From NCBI GenBank assembly GCA_010909165.1, contig MU008158.1, forward strand, positions 1,141,478 to 1,205,477: a DNA stretch of 64,000 nucleotides. Reading direction: 5' to 3'. Shown in pieces: positions 1-13,412 of the stretch. The notes below the pieces were generated by a model, which was not told the origin of the DNA, ran no database searches, and was given only the letters and a program-made list of their open reading frames with translations. Within the stretch, counting starts at the first letter, position 1. Every line of letters starts with the position of its first letter. A program made the translations under genes and the position numbers. Source of the DNA: Anthoceros angustus (Eukaryota > Plantae > Anthocerotophyta).

Positions 1-414
1 TTTTCCAACTTCCGCAAGGAACACGGCATCAACAGCATGTATTACCACCCCACACACCTCGCAGTAACGGGTCGCAAAACGGATGAACAACTGCTGTAAT
101 CGGGCTATCAATGCTTATTCATGCCCGCCTACCAGATCTTATTGGCCGAGGCAATGCAAAGATGTCAGTTTATATCGGAATCAACCATTACCTCATCCTC
201 TCACAAGGCACCCCTTATGAAGCTTGGACAGCCATGTCGGATTTATCTTCATTACGGGTCTTTGGAGCTCTTATGTATGCCCACATTCCAAAGGCCATCA
301 GACCAAACTTGACAACAAGGCCCGTAAATTCGCTCATAGGCTTCAATGGTATTTGTAGCATTTTGAGATATCGATCACGTATCACGTGCACAAAACTTGC
401 AACATGAGAATGTA
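1..414 (+). mobile_element. Copia element B integrase fragment plus start of element A LTR (duplicate of ~13045-13480)
   Basis: Frameshifted integrase motifs (PYEAWT, DLSSLRVFG, AHIPK). Contains the GTATT|TGTAGC B/A junction at ~349-359, also seen at 13408-13418. Confidence 0.85.
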
Positions 415-2494
415 CTTCGTAGGTGGGAGGAGGTTCTGAACGTGGATCGAGGAGATCCAGTGTGAACGGCAAGCTACGGGGCAATTAATAATAGAGTTGG
501 TCTGAAGACAGGAAGATACATCTGCTCAAACTCCATTTCATTTTGAGCAAAGCATCATATTTCAAAGCCAAGTTAAAGTGAACAAGAGGTGGGATTCTTC
601 ACTGCCTCCACAGTCTTCTCCCACAAAGAATTGATGAAGTTGAAGTAGGCATATTTAACATCAAATTCCATATCGTACCCTGCAAAACCAGGAGCCATCG
701 TGTCACCGTAACAACCATCCAGATATTTCCTAAAGTTGTTTCTCGACAGTGCCCAAGACGCAGGACTTACAGTAGTTGATTGCAACTGCTTTCCCTTCAG
801 CATCGGCTGACTGTTTAACGTGATGAAACCACAAACTTGGCCTGCAATCATAACGGCCAGCCGGGATGTGTGAACTTAGAAGCAGGCGAGGCACCTCATA
901 CTTCGGGATCACGGAATGTTGCTGGACACCACACACTTGAATGGTTCAACCAAAGGGGCAGACTCACAGATACAAGATCTCTCCTGCTTTCACAGTACAC
1001 GTGAAAGGAGATGGGCCCTGAGTATCGTGAAAACTTGGCTCTGGCTTCAGACATTGCAGAGGCTGGTGGATAAGGATCCACACTCACCCAGGGAACTTCA
1101 GGAGCTTCTCGGTCACAAAACTACGAAGAAATTTCCAGAATCCTGAAACAACGAGCTCCTGTGTCTGACAGAAGGTAGCAGCAAAGCATTAGGGGTTTGA
1201 GCAAATTGAAGATGAAACACTCGACTGTACCTTGTCTCTCAAATATTGGGCAGCCGGATACATTTCCACATACAGACGATGCACATCAGTTGGAGGCAGT
1301 AAAGTGAAATGTTTCTCTCCTGCCACAACCGCATACAAATTCTCATAGTGGTCCTTGTGGAAAGATGTCACAGCCTTCTCATTGCCAATCCACATGTTAA
1401 CCGCCTCGCACGCAACCCAGTGCTTCTGTTGCCCAAGATAGATGCTCGTCTGCATCTTTTGCCAACAGCCCGTACTCTGTCAAGAAACATCCGTCCTGCT
1501 GCTGGGCATATGCCACGCCCTTGCTGCTCGTGTTCTGAGTAATCAGCTCCAGTGCTTCCGGAAAGGGCAATTGCTCGACATGTGCAGTCACGAACAAAAA
1601 CCCAAGTCTCTTTTCTGCAATATCTTGCCCGTCATTGCAATTGACCTGGATTAGAGTTTGGCATAAAATCTCTTTCACCCTTCACAAGTATGTCTGCCGG
1701 TCCACTGTTTCCACTCACTTCCCATGAAGCAGAGCTGCATTTGCCATCTTTTCTGAAACAAAACAGGTAGTCTCAGAATGTAGACAAGACCCCACCACAC
1801 CCAGGGCAAGCGTCACCAATAAGCCATCCTCACCAGACTCAGGACCCAGTGAAGCCAGCGTGCAGCCATACAGTCGTTGCAAGATGGCAGGATCCACAGC
1901 AGCATCCGCCCCATCAGGTGAAGTGCACGCTCACAGTCTGGTGTCTCAGCACAGCAGAGAGGTACTCGTTGGACCAGCATCGGAGAGCGGGCCAGTGATC
2001 AATCGCGTCAGTGATGATGCATGGCTTACCAGGCATCACATAATCCCTGAGAAACTGCAGGAGGTAGAGGACCTCTCACGTTCCACCTCTCCGGAGTGCC
2101 GAGAGAGCTCCGCACCTCTTCTGATAACGACTCCATGGCAGCGCCCATCGTGAGCGCTTGAAGTCCCCATCCGCGTAATATCTTCGCCTGCGTGACTGCG
2201 ATTGTGCGTTTATCATAACCTTCAGTCTGGCCGGGACACCCTATAAACGGGTTTGGCAGCTTAACTTCTTTCCAGTGGCTCCATCACCCCATCACCCTGG
2301 AGCCGTGAAGCTCTTAAAACATACACCATCAAATCACAAAGAGTTCAGGCATGGACAACATGGGAGTCACAAGCGTGCACGCCCTAGCAACAAAAGAAAT
2401 ATCTGGTGGGCTGCCTGGAATCTAGCTGTGAAAGCATTGTATGTATAGAGATTTCAGCTGCCAGCATCCACTTGGCAAACCGAGCATCCAACAC
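404..2494 (-). other. JMJD7: Inverted near-identical duplicate of the JMJD7 locus (26731-28847); JMJD7 coding span 573-2136 with small deletions
   Basis: Reverse-complement match to 26731-28847 including introns. 11-bp microhomology ATGAGAATGTA (404-414) at the left junction, ACAC at the right. The copy has lost bases in homopolymer and dinucleotide runs. Confidence 0.9.
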
Positions 2495-3775
2495 ACACGA
2501 GCAACCAAGCGCCTTGGTGGTACATTCTAACCTCTCGGGCTCTTCACGGATCAACATTTACACCTACTTTATGTGTGTCCGGCGACTTCACTCGATTCAG
2601 CATCATTTACACACTCAAGAACAAGGCCCAAGCATTTTCATGCTTCAAGGACTACAAGACCGTCGAAAAACAAGCAGGCAATTACTTTGCCTCAGATCCG
2701 ATGGAGGTGGTGAATATGGCTCCACTCAATTTTCCAACCACGCAAGGAACACGGCATCAGCAGAATGATTACCACCCCACACACCTCTCGTGAGCAGAAC
2801 GCCAGCGGATGAACGAACTATGAGCTGCGGGCTATCAATGCTTATTCCTGCTACCCGAGATCTTATTGGCGGAGGCAATGCGACATCTTGTCTATATCAA
2901 ACTCGAACCATTACCTCATCCCTCTCACAAGGCACTCCTTATGAAGCTTGGACAGCCATAAGCGGTTATCTTCATTACGGGTCTTTGGAGCTCTTATGTA
3001 TGCCCACATTCCAAAGGCCATCGACCAAACTTGACAACAAGGCCCGAAATTCTGTTCATAGGCTTCACCGATGGTATTTGTAGCATTTTGAGATATCAGA
3101 TCGACAGATCACGTGCACACAAAACTTGCAACATGAGAATGTATATATTTTGGGAAGGACACATACAACAAGTCCAAGTCTCACAAAGCAGTTACAACGG
3201 AAAACTAACTAAAGAGTGCCCTAATGACAAACCCTATGTATATTGCAATGAACAAATAAACCATCATTATTTCTAACACCCCTCTCATTGAATATCGATA
3301 TATTAGCAAAATGACGATTAAACCAAAGTAATTGTCAAACTCTAATTAGGCGTGTACACACTAAAGCGGTGATCGGTCTTAAATCGGGTCTTACGCTCAC
3401 TCCATTGTGTGTGCCTCCGACACACACTGTCACGCCTCTTCGTGATGTCGGTTCTAGGGCAGCTCCATTGACCTATCGAGGACACTCTCACGAGGAAATC
3501 CATAGCGCATCGAGGACGAGGTTCAAACACGAAATGGAAGACGCCACTCCGCTCGCTTGTTGCATCTCCACGCATGGCGGCCCGCACATTCGCAAGTGCC
3601 ACATTTGCTCCTCCTGCCCTATCCATCCAAGGAGGCTATCGCAAGATGACAGAGGTGCTGCCGACGCGGCAGATGCTGCAGAGTGCAAATGAGAGGGAGG
3701 CAAAGATGTCATTTATATCGAATCAACCATTACCTCATCCCTCTCACAAGGCACTCCTTATGAAGCTTGGACAGC
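2495..3775 (+). mobile_element. Copia B integrase fragment, element A 3' LTR (3079-3278, minus), A 3' internal piece and a short B piece
   Basis: Direct copy of ~12950-14060. LTR reads TGTTAGAAATA on the minus strand with PPT (CCCCTCTC on plus) at 3279. Confidence 0.85.
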
Positions 3776-5516
3776 CATGGCGCCTCGGGAGATGTTGAAA
3801 AGATAGGGTGGAAAGTGTGCTTGGAGCAGGTGAAAAGATGATCCAATTGCAATTGCAACCATTGCCAAGACTCTTGGGGTGGGTTGAGGGGAGCATCCAA
3901 ACTCGAGCCGGATATATAGCCCCGAAGAAGCCAACCTTACAGAGCCTCCCAAGTGGTTTGGTTGAAGTCCTTGTGTTTGTGCTCAATGTGACATTTCACC
4001 CCTTGACCTCGAGCATTGCTAAGTGCATGGACGGGGGTCCTTGGCCTCAAGGAGTGGGACACCATAGGGGAGGCGAGAACAAAGAGAATGGCACGATCTG
4101 GAACAACTTGGACGATTGCCCGAGGGTGGGGGTGAGGGGCAGTGCCAAGGACAAAGCTACCCCATCATTTATACGGTGTCGTTCAGTATGGCAAGCCCTA
4201 GTAGGCTAGCTAAAGGCCCCGCCGGAGGAACTGGCCGCAAAACACTGACAACCCACCACGCAGGACCTTCGCTCAAATCTTGAACATACTCAAGCTCGTG
4301 GCAGGCAAACATGATAGCCACAAAGCTTGCTAAAACCGATAAGTCAAGCCCTGCTAGTGCAAAACTCAACCAAAACCCTAAACCCCGCGCATAACCTAAA
4401 CACGAAGACCCAAATTAAACACAGGGGTTCACTGGCCCCACCGCCCAGCCTTTCGAGCCCCGTGATTTTGACACAACAAGATTCAAACTTGGAATAGGAG
4501 CATCCACTAGGCTAGAGGTCAATGCAATGGAGAAATCTTGGTTGGAAGCAAAGCTTTCCAAAGCACTTTGACATACAGACCACATCGCAAGACACAAACG
4601 CGGTTGGCTAGAAGCCGCCATGCTATACATATAATCGAATATTGTCTTCACAATTAGTTGATATACTCAAGGCTTTTACATAAAAATTTGCATTCCACAT
4701 GGAACGCGTTTGGATCGTGGTTAGCCATAGAGGGTTGTGGGCGAGCCACAACACGCCTTGACTTCTTAAATCCGTAGTCTCCATCGCGTTATGATGTTGA
4801 GTGTAATGTCGCAGGTCGACAAAGTGACGGCATGGAAGGTTAGGTTTTGTCACATACCTTCATAAATCGACATATATAATAGATTCTTAATTTTCATTCC
4901 GAGGTGCGGTGGTGCTAACTAACAGTCCTTAACATACACGTATAGTGCTGGAAAGAGGTAAAATGTCCTCCCATGCATATATATAACACAGCTGGTGGAA
5001 AAGAGATAAGTAAGCCTTTCCCAAGTATGTACAGTTTGTTGCTAGAAAGAAAAGTATGCCCTTCCTGCAAGTATGTAACGGTAGTATCTGATTCACTTCT
5101 ACAGGGCACGGTTGCATGGTTGCCTTTGTGGTCCTCAAAAGACGGGTGACCGTCGACTCTTACATGGGGGATCCATGGAGTTACTATTGAAGGATTTTTG
5201 CGAACGAAATATGAAGTGTGGTGCGCTGTACCACGTCAGCAGCCATCGGCGGTGCTTTTCTCGGGCGAGGTGTAGGTGGTTCTCACGCAGAGGAGCAAGT
5301 TGGTGCTCCCAGTGAGGCTCGTGTGAGCACTAATCGTGCTCACGAGTCACCATAATACTGTAGGCACACAGGTTATCCACAGCCAGCTCCAGATCTGGCG
5401 GATTCAGACGCGTTTTCTGGCGCTCCCGTTCATCCAGTGAGTGCGAGTTTGCCGTCTTCCAGGGCTAGCTGCTCGCCGCTGCTCAAACGAATCATGGCAC
5501 CGTCCCGATCGAGGAC
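3776..5516 (-). repeat. Inverted copy of 54472-56364 (GPI gene 5' region, GDSL fragment, degenerate repeat)
   Basis: Reverse-complement similarity throughout, with indels. Junction microhomologies CAT (left) and GAGGAC (5511-5516, right). Confidence 0.85.
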
Positions 5517-6369
5517 GAGGTTCAAACACGAGAAATGGAAGACGCCACTCCGCTCGCTTGTTGCAGAATCTCCGGCATGGCGGCTGACGCACATTCCGCA
5601 AGTGCCTCGCATTTGCTCCTCTGTGCCCTATCCATCCAAGGAGGCTATACGCAAGATGACAGAGGTGTCGGACATCGGGCAGAGATGCTGCAGAGTGCAA
5701 ATGAGAGGAGGCAAGCAGTCGGTCACGTTGAAGACACCGTCAAGCCGGAGAAGTGCCGCGATGCTGGTGTCTTGCGTGATGTCGGATCCCGATCCCAAAT
5801 GCCGAGGAGTGTCCTCGCGCGCTGAGTGATCGCCGCGCCTGATTGTGGGGCGCCGCCGGTGTCTGCAGCCGAGAAGCCGTGATGCGGAGTCTTGTCCGCG
5901 CCAGTTATGGGGCCGTCCTGCTGCGTGGCGGCGTTACCCGCCGGTTGTGCTTGGAGTTTGCCGGATTCGGGTCTGGTGCGCGCTTGCAGGGCTGCTGTAA
6001 TGGAGGTCTTCGTCCTCTTCTAGCGGATGTCGAGCCTGCGTCCCCCCGCCGCTCGGGTGCCTGGGCTCGAGGCCGCAAGTGAGGAAGCGCCCTTCATCTG
6101 TCAAAGTCGCCAAAGAGGATTGGTTGTGGTGTGTCATGTGAGGGGCCGTGCGTGGGTGCAGTGTGGGCTGGTGGCAGGCGGTGGGCTGAGGCCGGGCCAG
6201 CACAGGGTTGTGGTTGTGGCGCGGGGTGCGGAGCGGAGAAATCCACAGGCCGCCTCGCCGCTGTCTGCAGTGTGAAGCTCCCACCTTGGGTGGTCATGTC
6301 CTCAAGAAAGGTGACATCGCGGGAATGAGTCACCTTGTGGGTTTGAGGATGAATGATCTTATAGCCTTT

Positions 6370-9300
6370 TGTTAGAAATAGTTTATTTGTTCATGCAATA
6401 TACATAGGGTTTGTCATTAGGGCACTCTTTAGTTAGTTTTCCGTTGTAACTGCTTTGTGAGACTTGGACTTGTTGTATGTGTTCCTTCCCAAAATATATA
6501 CATTCTCATGTTGCAAGTTTGTGCACGTGATCCGTCGATCGATATCTCAAAAACGCTTACATGGCCCATGTGCGCCTGTCTTGCTTTCATTAGTTTGTCT
6601 CTAGCCATTGTCACATGCATAAGACATCTCGAAACCCTAATTGCGGATGGGCGGGATGCCTCGCAGAAATCATCTTAGGCAATCCCGGCGAGTCCGATAA
6701 GGAAAATATACCCTCTCATCGCATTTGAGAGGAAATACTTCAAGAGAGGAGCTTCTGCTGCTGAAAGAATTGAAAGATCACGTTTTCTCTACGTTCTTGT
6801 CAATTCTCAATTCCCTGCAGTGGAAGGCCGGGATTCTGAATCAGAATTTAATCAACCCCAAGTGAGGCGGCCTATCTGCAGGAATCAGCATACAAATTTA
6901 ACTCCATCAAATTCTGCACAATTCAGTAATCCGAAGCATTACCAAGAAAGGTTTACTGAACATGATGTTATTCTGAATTCCATCTTGAATATGCGGAGCA
7001 CTTTGTCGAGTACACCACGCGTCGCGATAACCCTCTGACCAAGACAGATCGACTTGAGAGATTGCGGTTTCGACCTTGTGACAATGGCGAAGCAAGAACA
7101 AGACATTGGCGACCTCGGGGAGCTTGGCTCGCACTGCCTCTTTGAGTCATAAGTTGTGGCTACAGCATCATGGGGTCTTCTAATACCGGGTGCGGCCATT
7201 ACGGGAGAAGGATCGAGACCTCTCATAATTTTGATGCCCGGAGCTTGGTGCGGTGCATCTTAGATGAGAAGCTTTTGATGGATGTTGTCGATGGGGACTG
7301 CAAGAAAAATTGCTGGTCAGCCCTCCGGTCTACACGTGGTACTGCATACCTACATATACAGGATGAGTTAGAATGGAAGCATAAAGCGGAAGGCAAGAAA
7401 CATACTTGTGGCTTCCGTGTCTCAAGAGATGATACCTCATATAAAAATGACGCAAACTTCAAACGAGGTTTGGTCATTGCTATCGACACCTATGATACAA
7501 AGGATATGGTGGCGGATGCACTGCTTCTGATGACACTCGCATGAAAGAGAGTGACTCTCGAGCCATGTCTCTAAGTTTAGGGCCAGAGCCGACTTGCTTC
7601 CTGGAGTAATCATCTCGTAATCAAGGGCGGCGATTACTTTACTTTCCTTCAAGTTATGAATTCTTTAGCTCAAGCCTTCAAACATCAGCAGTTATACCGC
7701 CATCCTTGACAACTTCTAACTGCATGCGGAAGGTTGTAGGAGCTTTCTGCAATTTGAGCGAATAGAAAACAAATGAAGGGTAATTCTTCCTTCTTATGCC
7801 CCACATGAGTGAATCTGACCTTGTTCTCTGGTAGGGGTAGGTGGTAGAGGCAGAGGTAGAGGTAGGGGTGGTTTTGGCGGGTAGAGGTTGTATCACCATC
7901 CTTCTACCAGTCACCATCCTCCATTCTAATTCTACCTCCAAGCACAGGAATTGTAATTATTGTGGAAAGCCAGCGGGTAAAGGATTGTAGGAAGAAAGTC
8001 GAGATGAGAGTGCAAAAGGTAAACAAAGTGAAGCTCACACTGCTAGGGCTTCTACACCAGGTCTGTTAGTTGCATATCTCAGTTCTTCCACTAAAGACTG
8101 TCAGAAATGGTTCCTGGACAGTGGAGCCTCCAATCATATGTGTTCAAAGAGAAAGTCTTTATCACATATGAGCCATCTCCACATGCCAACAGAAGTGGTA
8201 TTAGGAGATAACTCAACCATTCCAATCAAAGGATCAGGAGACATTCAAATCACTTTGAAGGACGGAAGTTACCTACTTTTGGAGAGAGCTTTACATGTTC
8301 CAGCACTTGCAAAGAACTTGGTTAGCACTATGGCACTTGGGAAGACAGGCCAGTACAGAATCACATTCGAAGGTATTGAATGCCATATTTCTAGACTGCC
8401 AGTACCTTCAGTGGTGATTGCTCGAGGGACCCCTCTGTTCGACCTTTATTTGCTAGATTTTGCTTCGCTCCACCGCATCGCTTAACGTTCGATGTTGTAC
8501 CAATGGCACCTCAAGCAATGCATTTAAATAACGTCACTTGGGACATCCCAATATCCAAGCGATGAGGAGACTTCTTCGAGAAAGGATGGTCGGTTTTAGT
8601 GAGAAGGAACTTATTGACATTGATCTCGTGCTGTGTGCATGGTAAACAATTCAAATCCATTTTGGTAGTGGAAAACCAAGAAAGGCTACAGAAATACTTG
8701 ACCTGGTTCATACTGACATATGTGGACCTATGTCTGTGAACTCTTGGGGAGGCGCAAGATATTTCGTGTTTGAAGATGACAAGTCACATTTCTGTGTAAC
8801 TCGCCACAAGAGTGATGTGTTCCACGACAGCGGTACACGGCATATCGAGAGACACCCGGTTACAAATTAAAGTGTATCCGTTCGATAATGGAAAGGAGTA
8901 TTTATCTACGCTTTTCGTGAGTATTGCCAGAGAGGGATTACTCGACAACTCACAATTCCATACCACTCGAGACATGAATGGTAGAGAGAAGACAGAACCA
9001 TTCGATCGCTAGAGCTCTTCTCTGTCGGGAGGCTATCGATCAATTTTAATGGCGGTGCAAGTGTCGGCAATCGAATCGCTTTCTTCTCTTCATGTCAGAC
9101 ACCTTTCAAGCTTGGGGAGCCAAACCCGATCACACCTTCGAGTTTTGGTAGCATAGCATATGCACACATTCGATAAACTCCGTCACAAGTTTGCCTATAA
9201 GTCTAAGCGTCCATCTTTATAGGCTATCGGCAGGTATCATGGCTACAAGTTGTTCGATCCAACCACTCGTAGAGTGTCACATGCCGAGCTTGTCTTTGAT

Positions 9301-12300
9301 GAGAGATCATGCTTAACCCTCCGGTTCACCCTCACGATGACTTCTGCATCCGATGTCGTAAAGTTGATGTTCACTGTAGAGAGGCGGATGTAGATGACGT
9401 GACCCCGCCTATGTCACGTTTCCGGTGATCCTTCATATAGTATGCTGCCCCTCCAGTCCCACACGATAATCTAAACCCAAGACATCCACAGTTGGCGATA
9501 TCCTCCCGATCATCGATGATGATAACAATCGCCTCTTGGACACGTTGAACATGCTCATCCGTGATGAGCTCGATTCACCTGGTCATATTCAAAATACCGA
9601 TTGGTTTGGCGATGATCCTGAGTACGCCATGCTCACAACGCACCACTTAGACGGTCGACCGAGTGCAAATCACGTGAGAACGGGAACCTCCTTACCGCAG
9701 TTGAAGACTTCAGGAAGGTACCCAGACCCCATGGTTCAGCTGCAGATGAAGTGGTGGTCGACATGGTTACCTTGGCCTTTGAACCTGGTCATGAACCCCA
9801 AAGCTACAAGGAAGCAGTTAGTGGGCTAGAGGCCAAGCTTTGGCAAGCTGCAATCAACTCTGAGTATGATTCGTTGATACACAATAACACCTGGAAGATA
9901 GTTCCTCCGCCTCAGGGGAGGAAAATTGTCACCTCGAAGTGGGTGTTCAAGTTGAAATATAAGGCGGATGGCTCTATCTCCAAGTATAAGGCCAGGTTAG
10001 TTCGAGGTTTCTCAGGTCCCGGCTTAGATTACCATGACACTTTTAGTCCTGTCGTCAAGTCTCGGTCCCTCGGTTCTCTTCTCCATGTTCCGCATTCTTT
10101 GGCCTTTTCATCCATCGATGGATGTCAAGACCGCCTTTTACATGGGAAGTTAGAGGAAGACATATTCATGCGACACGAGGGGTTTGAGGTTGAAGGAAAG
10201 GAGGATTGGGTCTCACTCCTAAGACAATCTACGGTTTAAAAGCAGTCCTCGTGCATGGTATGAGTGCATAGATGAATTCTCTTAGGTCTAGGTTTTCTTA
10301 AAAGCACACGATACAAATGTCTATCTTATGCAAGAGCAAACGGGTTTTGTCATATTAGCCTGTATGTAGATGATTGTATCGTTAGGGGACACTGGAGGGA
10401 ATTACCAAAGTAAAGGGCTTCTTGTCTAGTCGTTTTGAAATGGTAGATGTTGGGGAGTTGTCCTCTTGGCACATGTCTGAGAGAGACCACAAAGCGGTAC
10501 ACTGTGATTCATCGCCAATATATCTTGGACATGCTTTATAAATATAAGCTTCGAGGAGGCAAAGGTGTCACCTCTTGAGACGGAAGCAAGTTGACGGCCG
10601 CCTCCGATGGCATCTTGACAAAGCGAGATGGAGGCCCTATGCCCAAGCAGTTGGTTCTTTAATTTATTGCTCCAATAGATCTCCGATGTAGCTCTTCCGG
10701 TGAGTATGGTTTCGCATATCAAAAATCCGGGAAAGACACCGGTCGGTGCGACGTATATTGCGATATCTTAAAGGGACGACGATCATGGTATACATTATAC
10801 CAAGCGAGTTATGAAGGTGAGGAACTCACACTTGAGTCTTCGATGCGGGCAGCAGATCCCCACGAGAAGGTCTTACGCCTATGCCTTCTTACTTCTGGTG
10901 GAGCGGTAACATGGTCTTCAAAGAAGCAAACATCCGTGTATCTCTTTCATCGGAGGCGTAGTATTCGCCACGACGTCAAAGGAAGCAATATGGCTGCGAA
11001 GGTTGTTGGGCGATCTTGGACAACCACGAAAGAACCAACCGTGATATATTGTGACAATCGATGCACTGGCACAAAATCCAGATTTCATGCTAGAACCAAG
11101 CATGTGGAAGTTCACCATCACTTCACCGGCATGTCTTGAGACCAAACAGTTAAAGCGGAATATGTGCCATCGAATCTGCGGACATACTTACCAAATCCTT
11201 ACCTAGGGCGAAGCATTATCAATTCAAAGAGGCCTTGGGTGTCTTAGAACCACTTCACACATCAAACGTGTCCCACAAACAGGAAAAGAGTTTGTCAGAG
11301 GAGTCTGTAAGTAGACAAGCAGAAGTTCACTTAATATTAGCCTCTACTTATGTGACTATCCCTTAAAGTGGTCAGAATTCCTCGAGCCTTGAGGGAGGGG
11401 GGGCAGCCCTGACTTTCCTCTTGCTCGTTACTGAGCTCACAATGGAAATTAGAGTCAAAGTCAGGCTTGTCGTCTTCTGATACGTCTTCGTTCTCGTCCA
11501 TCCAAACCATGCGACTCCTCGGCCATCCTCTCTCGTGATCTGGACATCCGATGTATTTGTTAGATTCAAACCACAACAACGTGGGCATACAAATTAGACA
11601 TAGAAATCTTACCATAATAGGACACAAAGTTTCCATCCCTGTCCTCCCATCTCCACCGGTTTTGCGAACATGGTCACCTTTGAGATAGGACGGATATAAA
11701 CTTGTGTGTTCCAGATCGTTGCACCGCTCTCTGTCACCACCCTTCTCATCTTGTACAGGTGACCTAGAGGCTTGAAGTCTCGGCTCATAGTTCTCGGAAT
11801 TACCATGTCCAGGTCCTTACAGCCAGTTTCTGCGTCTTAGCATAGTTGTAGCAGATGGGGGCGGTATTTGGAAGATGATGCTGCTTGAGATAAGCAACCT
11901 CCTGCACCAGCTTTGCCTCCCTCTCATTTGCACTCTGCAGGCATCTCTGCCAGTGTCGAGCAGCACCTCTGTCAGTCATCTTGCGTATAGCCTCCTTCGG
12001 ATGGATAGGGCACAGAGGAGCAAATGCAGGGCACTTGCAGAATGTGCGTCTGAGCGCCGCCATGCCAGGAGATTCTGCAACAACTGAAGCGAGCGGAGTG
12101 GCGTCTTCCATTTCCTGTGTTTGAACCTCGTCCTCTGATGCGCTATGGATTTCCTCGGTGAGTGTCCTCGAGAGATAGGTCAATGGGGCGCCTAGAACCG
12201 GACATCACGAAGAGGCAGGAGGCGTATGTGCTCTGAGTGGAGGCACACAGTGAGTGAGCGTGGTAAGACCGATCACCGCTTTAGTGTGTACACGCCCTAA

Positions 12301-12577
12301 TTAGAGTTTGACAATTACTTTGGTTTCGTCATTTTGCTAATATATCGTATATTCAATGAGAGGGGTGTTAGAAATAACTTAGTTTATTTGTTCATTGCAA
12401 TATACATAGGGTTTATTAGGGCACTCTTTAGTTAGTTTTCCGTTGTAATGGAGAAAGTCCTGTAGTAAACTATGGGATGTTGTAAAATACCATTGGCATG
12501 TTGTAAAATACCATTGGCATGTTGTAAAATACCATTGGCATGTTGTAAAATACCATTGGCATGTTGTAAAATACCAT
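6370..12577 (+). mobile_element. Copia element A, inverted duplicate copy, heavily frameshifted
   Basis: LTR starts TGTTAGAAATA at 6370 and 12366. gag (SHNFDA..RCILDEKLLMDVVDG), protease (WFLDSGASNHM), integrase and RT (KIVTSKWVFKLKYKADGSISKYKARLV) fragments. PPT GAGAGGGG before the 3' LTR. Confidence 0.9.
12477..12577. repeat. 21-bp tandem repeat ATGTTGTAAAATACCATTGGC, ~4.8 copies
   Basis: Read directly. One inverted copy of the unit occurs in the CACTA subterminal region at ~63240-63265. Confidence 0.95.
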
Positions 12578-12946
12578 CGGTGAAGCCTATGAACGAATTT
12601 CGGGCCTTGTTGTCAAGTTTGGTCCTGATGGCCTTTGGAATGTGGGTACATAAGAGCTCCAAAGACCCGTAATGAAGATAAATCCGCTTACATGGCCTGT
12701 CAAGCTTCATAAGGGTGCCTTGTGAGAGGGATGAGGTAATGGTTCGGTTCTTGGATATAGACAAGATCTTTGCATTGCCTCCGCCAATAAGATCAGGTAG
12801 GCAGGCATGAATAAGCATTGATAGCCCGCAGCTTACGTATAGTTCATTCATCCGCTTTTGCGACCCGTTACGAGAGGGTGTGTGGGTGTGTCATGCTGAT
12901 GCCGTGTTCCTTGCGGAAGTTGGAAAATTGAGTGGAGCCATATTCA

Positions 12947-13412
12947 TGCTTCAAGGACTACAAGACCGGTCGAAAAACAAACAGGCAATACCTTACTTTG
13001 CCTCAGATCCGATGGAGGTGGTGAATATGGCTCCACTCAATTTTCCAACTTCTGCAAGGAACACGGCATCAACAGACAGATTACCACCCCACACACCTCT
13101 CAGCAGAACGGGGTCGCAAAACGGATGAACAGAACTATACAGAACTGCGGGCTATCAATGCTTATTCATGCCCAGCTACCCAGATCTTATTGGCCAGAGG
13201 CAATGCAGCATGCTGTCTATATCGGCAACCGAACCATTACCTCATCCCTCTCACAAGGCACTCCTTATGAAGCTTGGACAGGCCATAAGCCGGATTTATC
13301 TTCATTACGGGTCTTTGGAGCTCTTATGTATGCCCACATTCCAAAGGCCATCAGGACCAAACTTGACAACAAGGCCCAGAAATTCCTGTTCATAGGCTTC
13401 ACCGATGGTATT
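12947..13412 (+). mobile_element. Copia element B integrase, portion 5' of the A insertion
   Basis: SYWPEAMQHAVYIGNRT..PYEAWTGHKPDLSSLRVFGALMYAHIPKAIRTKLDNKAQKFLFIGFTDGI. The frame resumes at 19857 (KGYKIIHPQTHKVTHSRDVTFLED). Confidence 0.9.

Larger units (their letters stand above)
5704..12946. repeat. Left arm of a ~7.3-kb inverted repeat (right arm 13022-20579; 75-nt spacer 12947-13021)
   Basis: Reverse-complement match across the B linker, all of element A and the B integrase. Fold-back junction at TTCA (12943-12946). Confidence 0.85.

Noticed and set aside
12477-12577. Repeat-protein ORF (LQHANGI)n / (CCKIPLA)n
   Set aside because: It is a by-product of a 21-bp non-coding repeat derived from a CACTA subterminal region.
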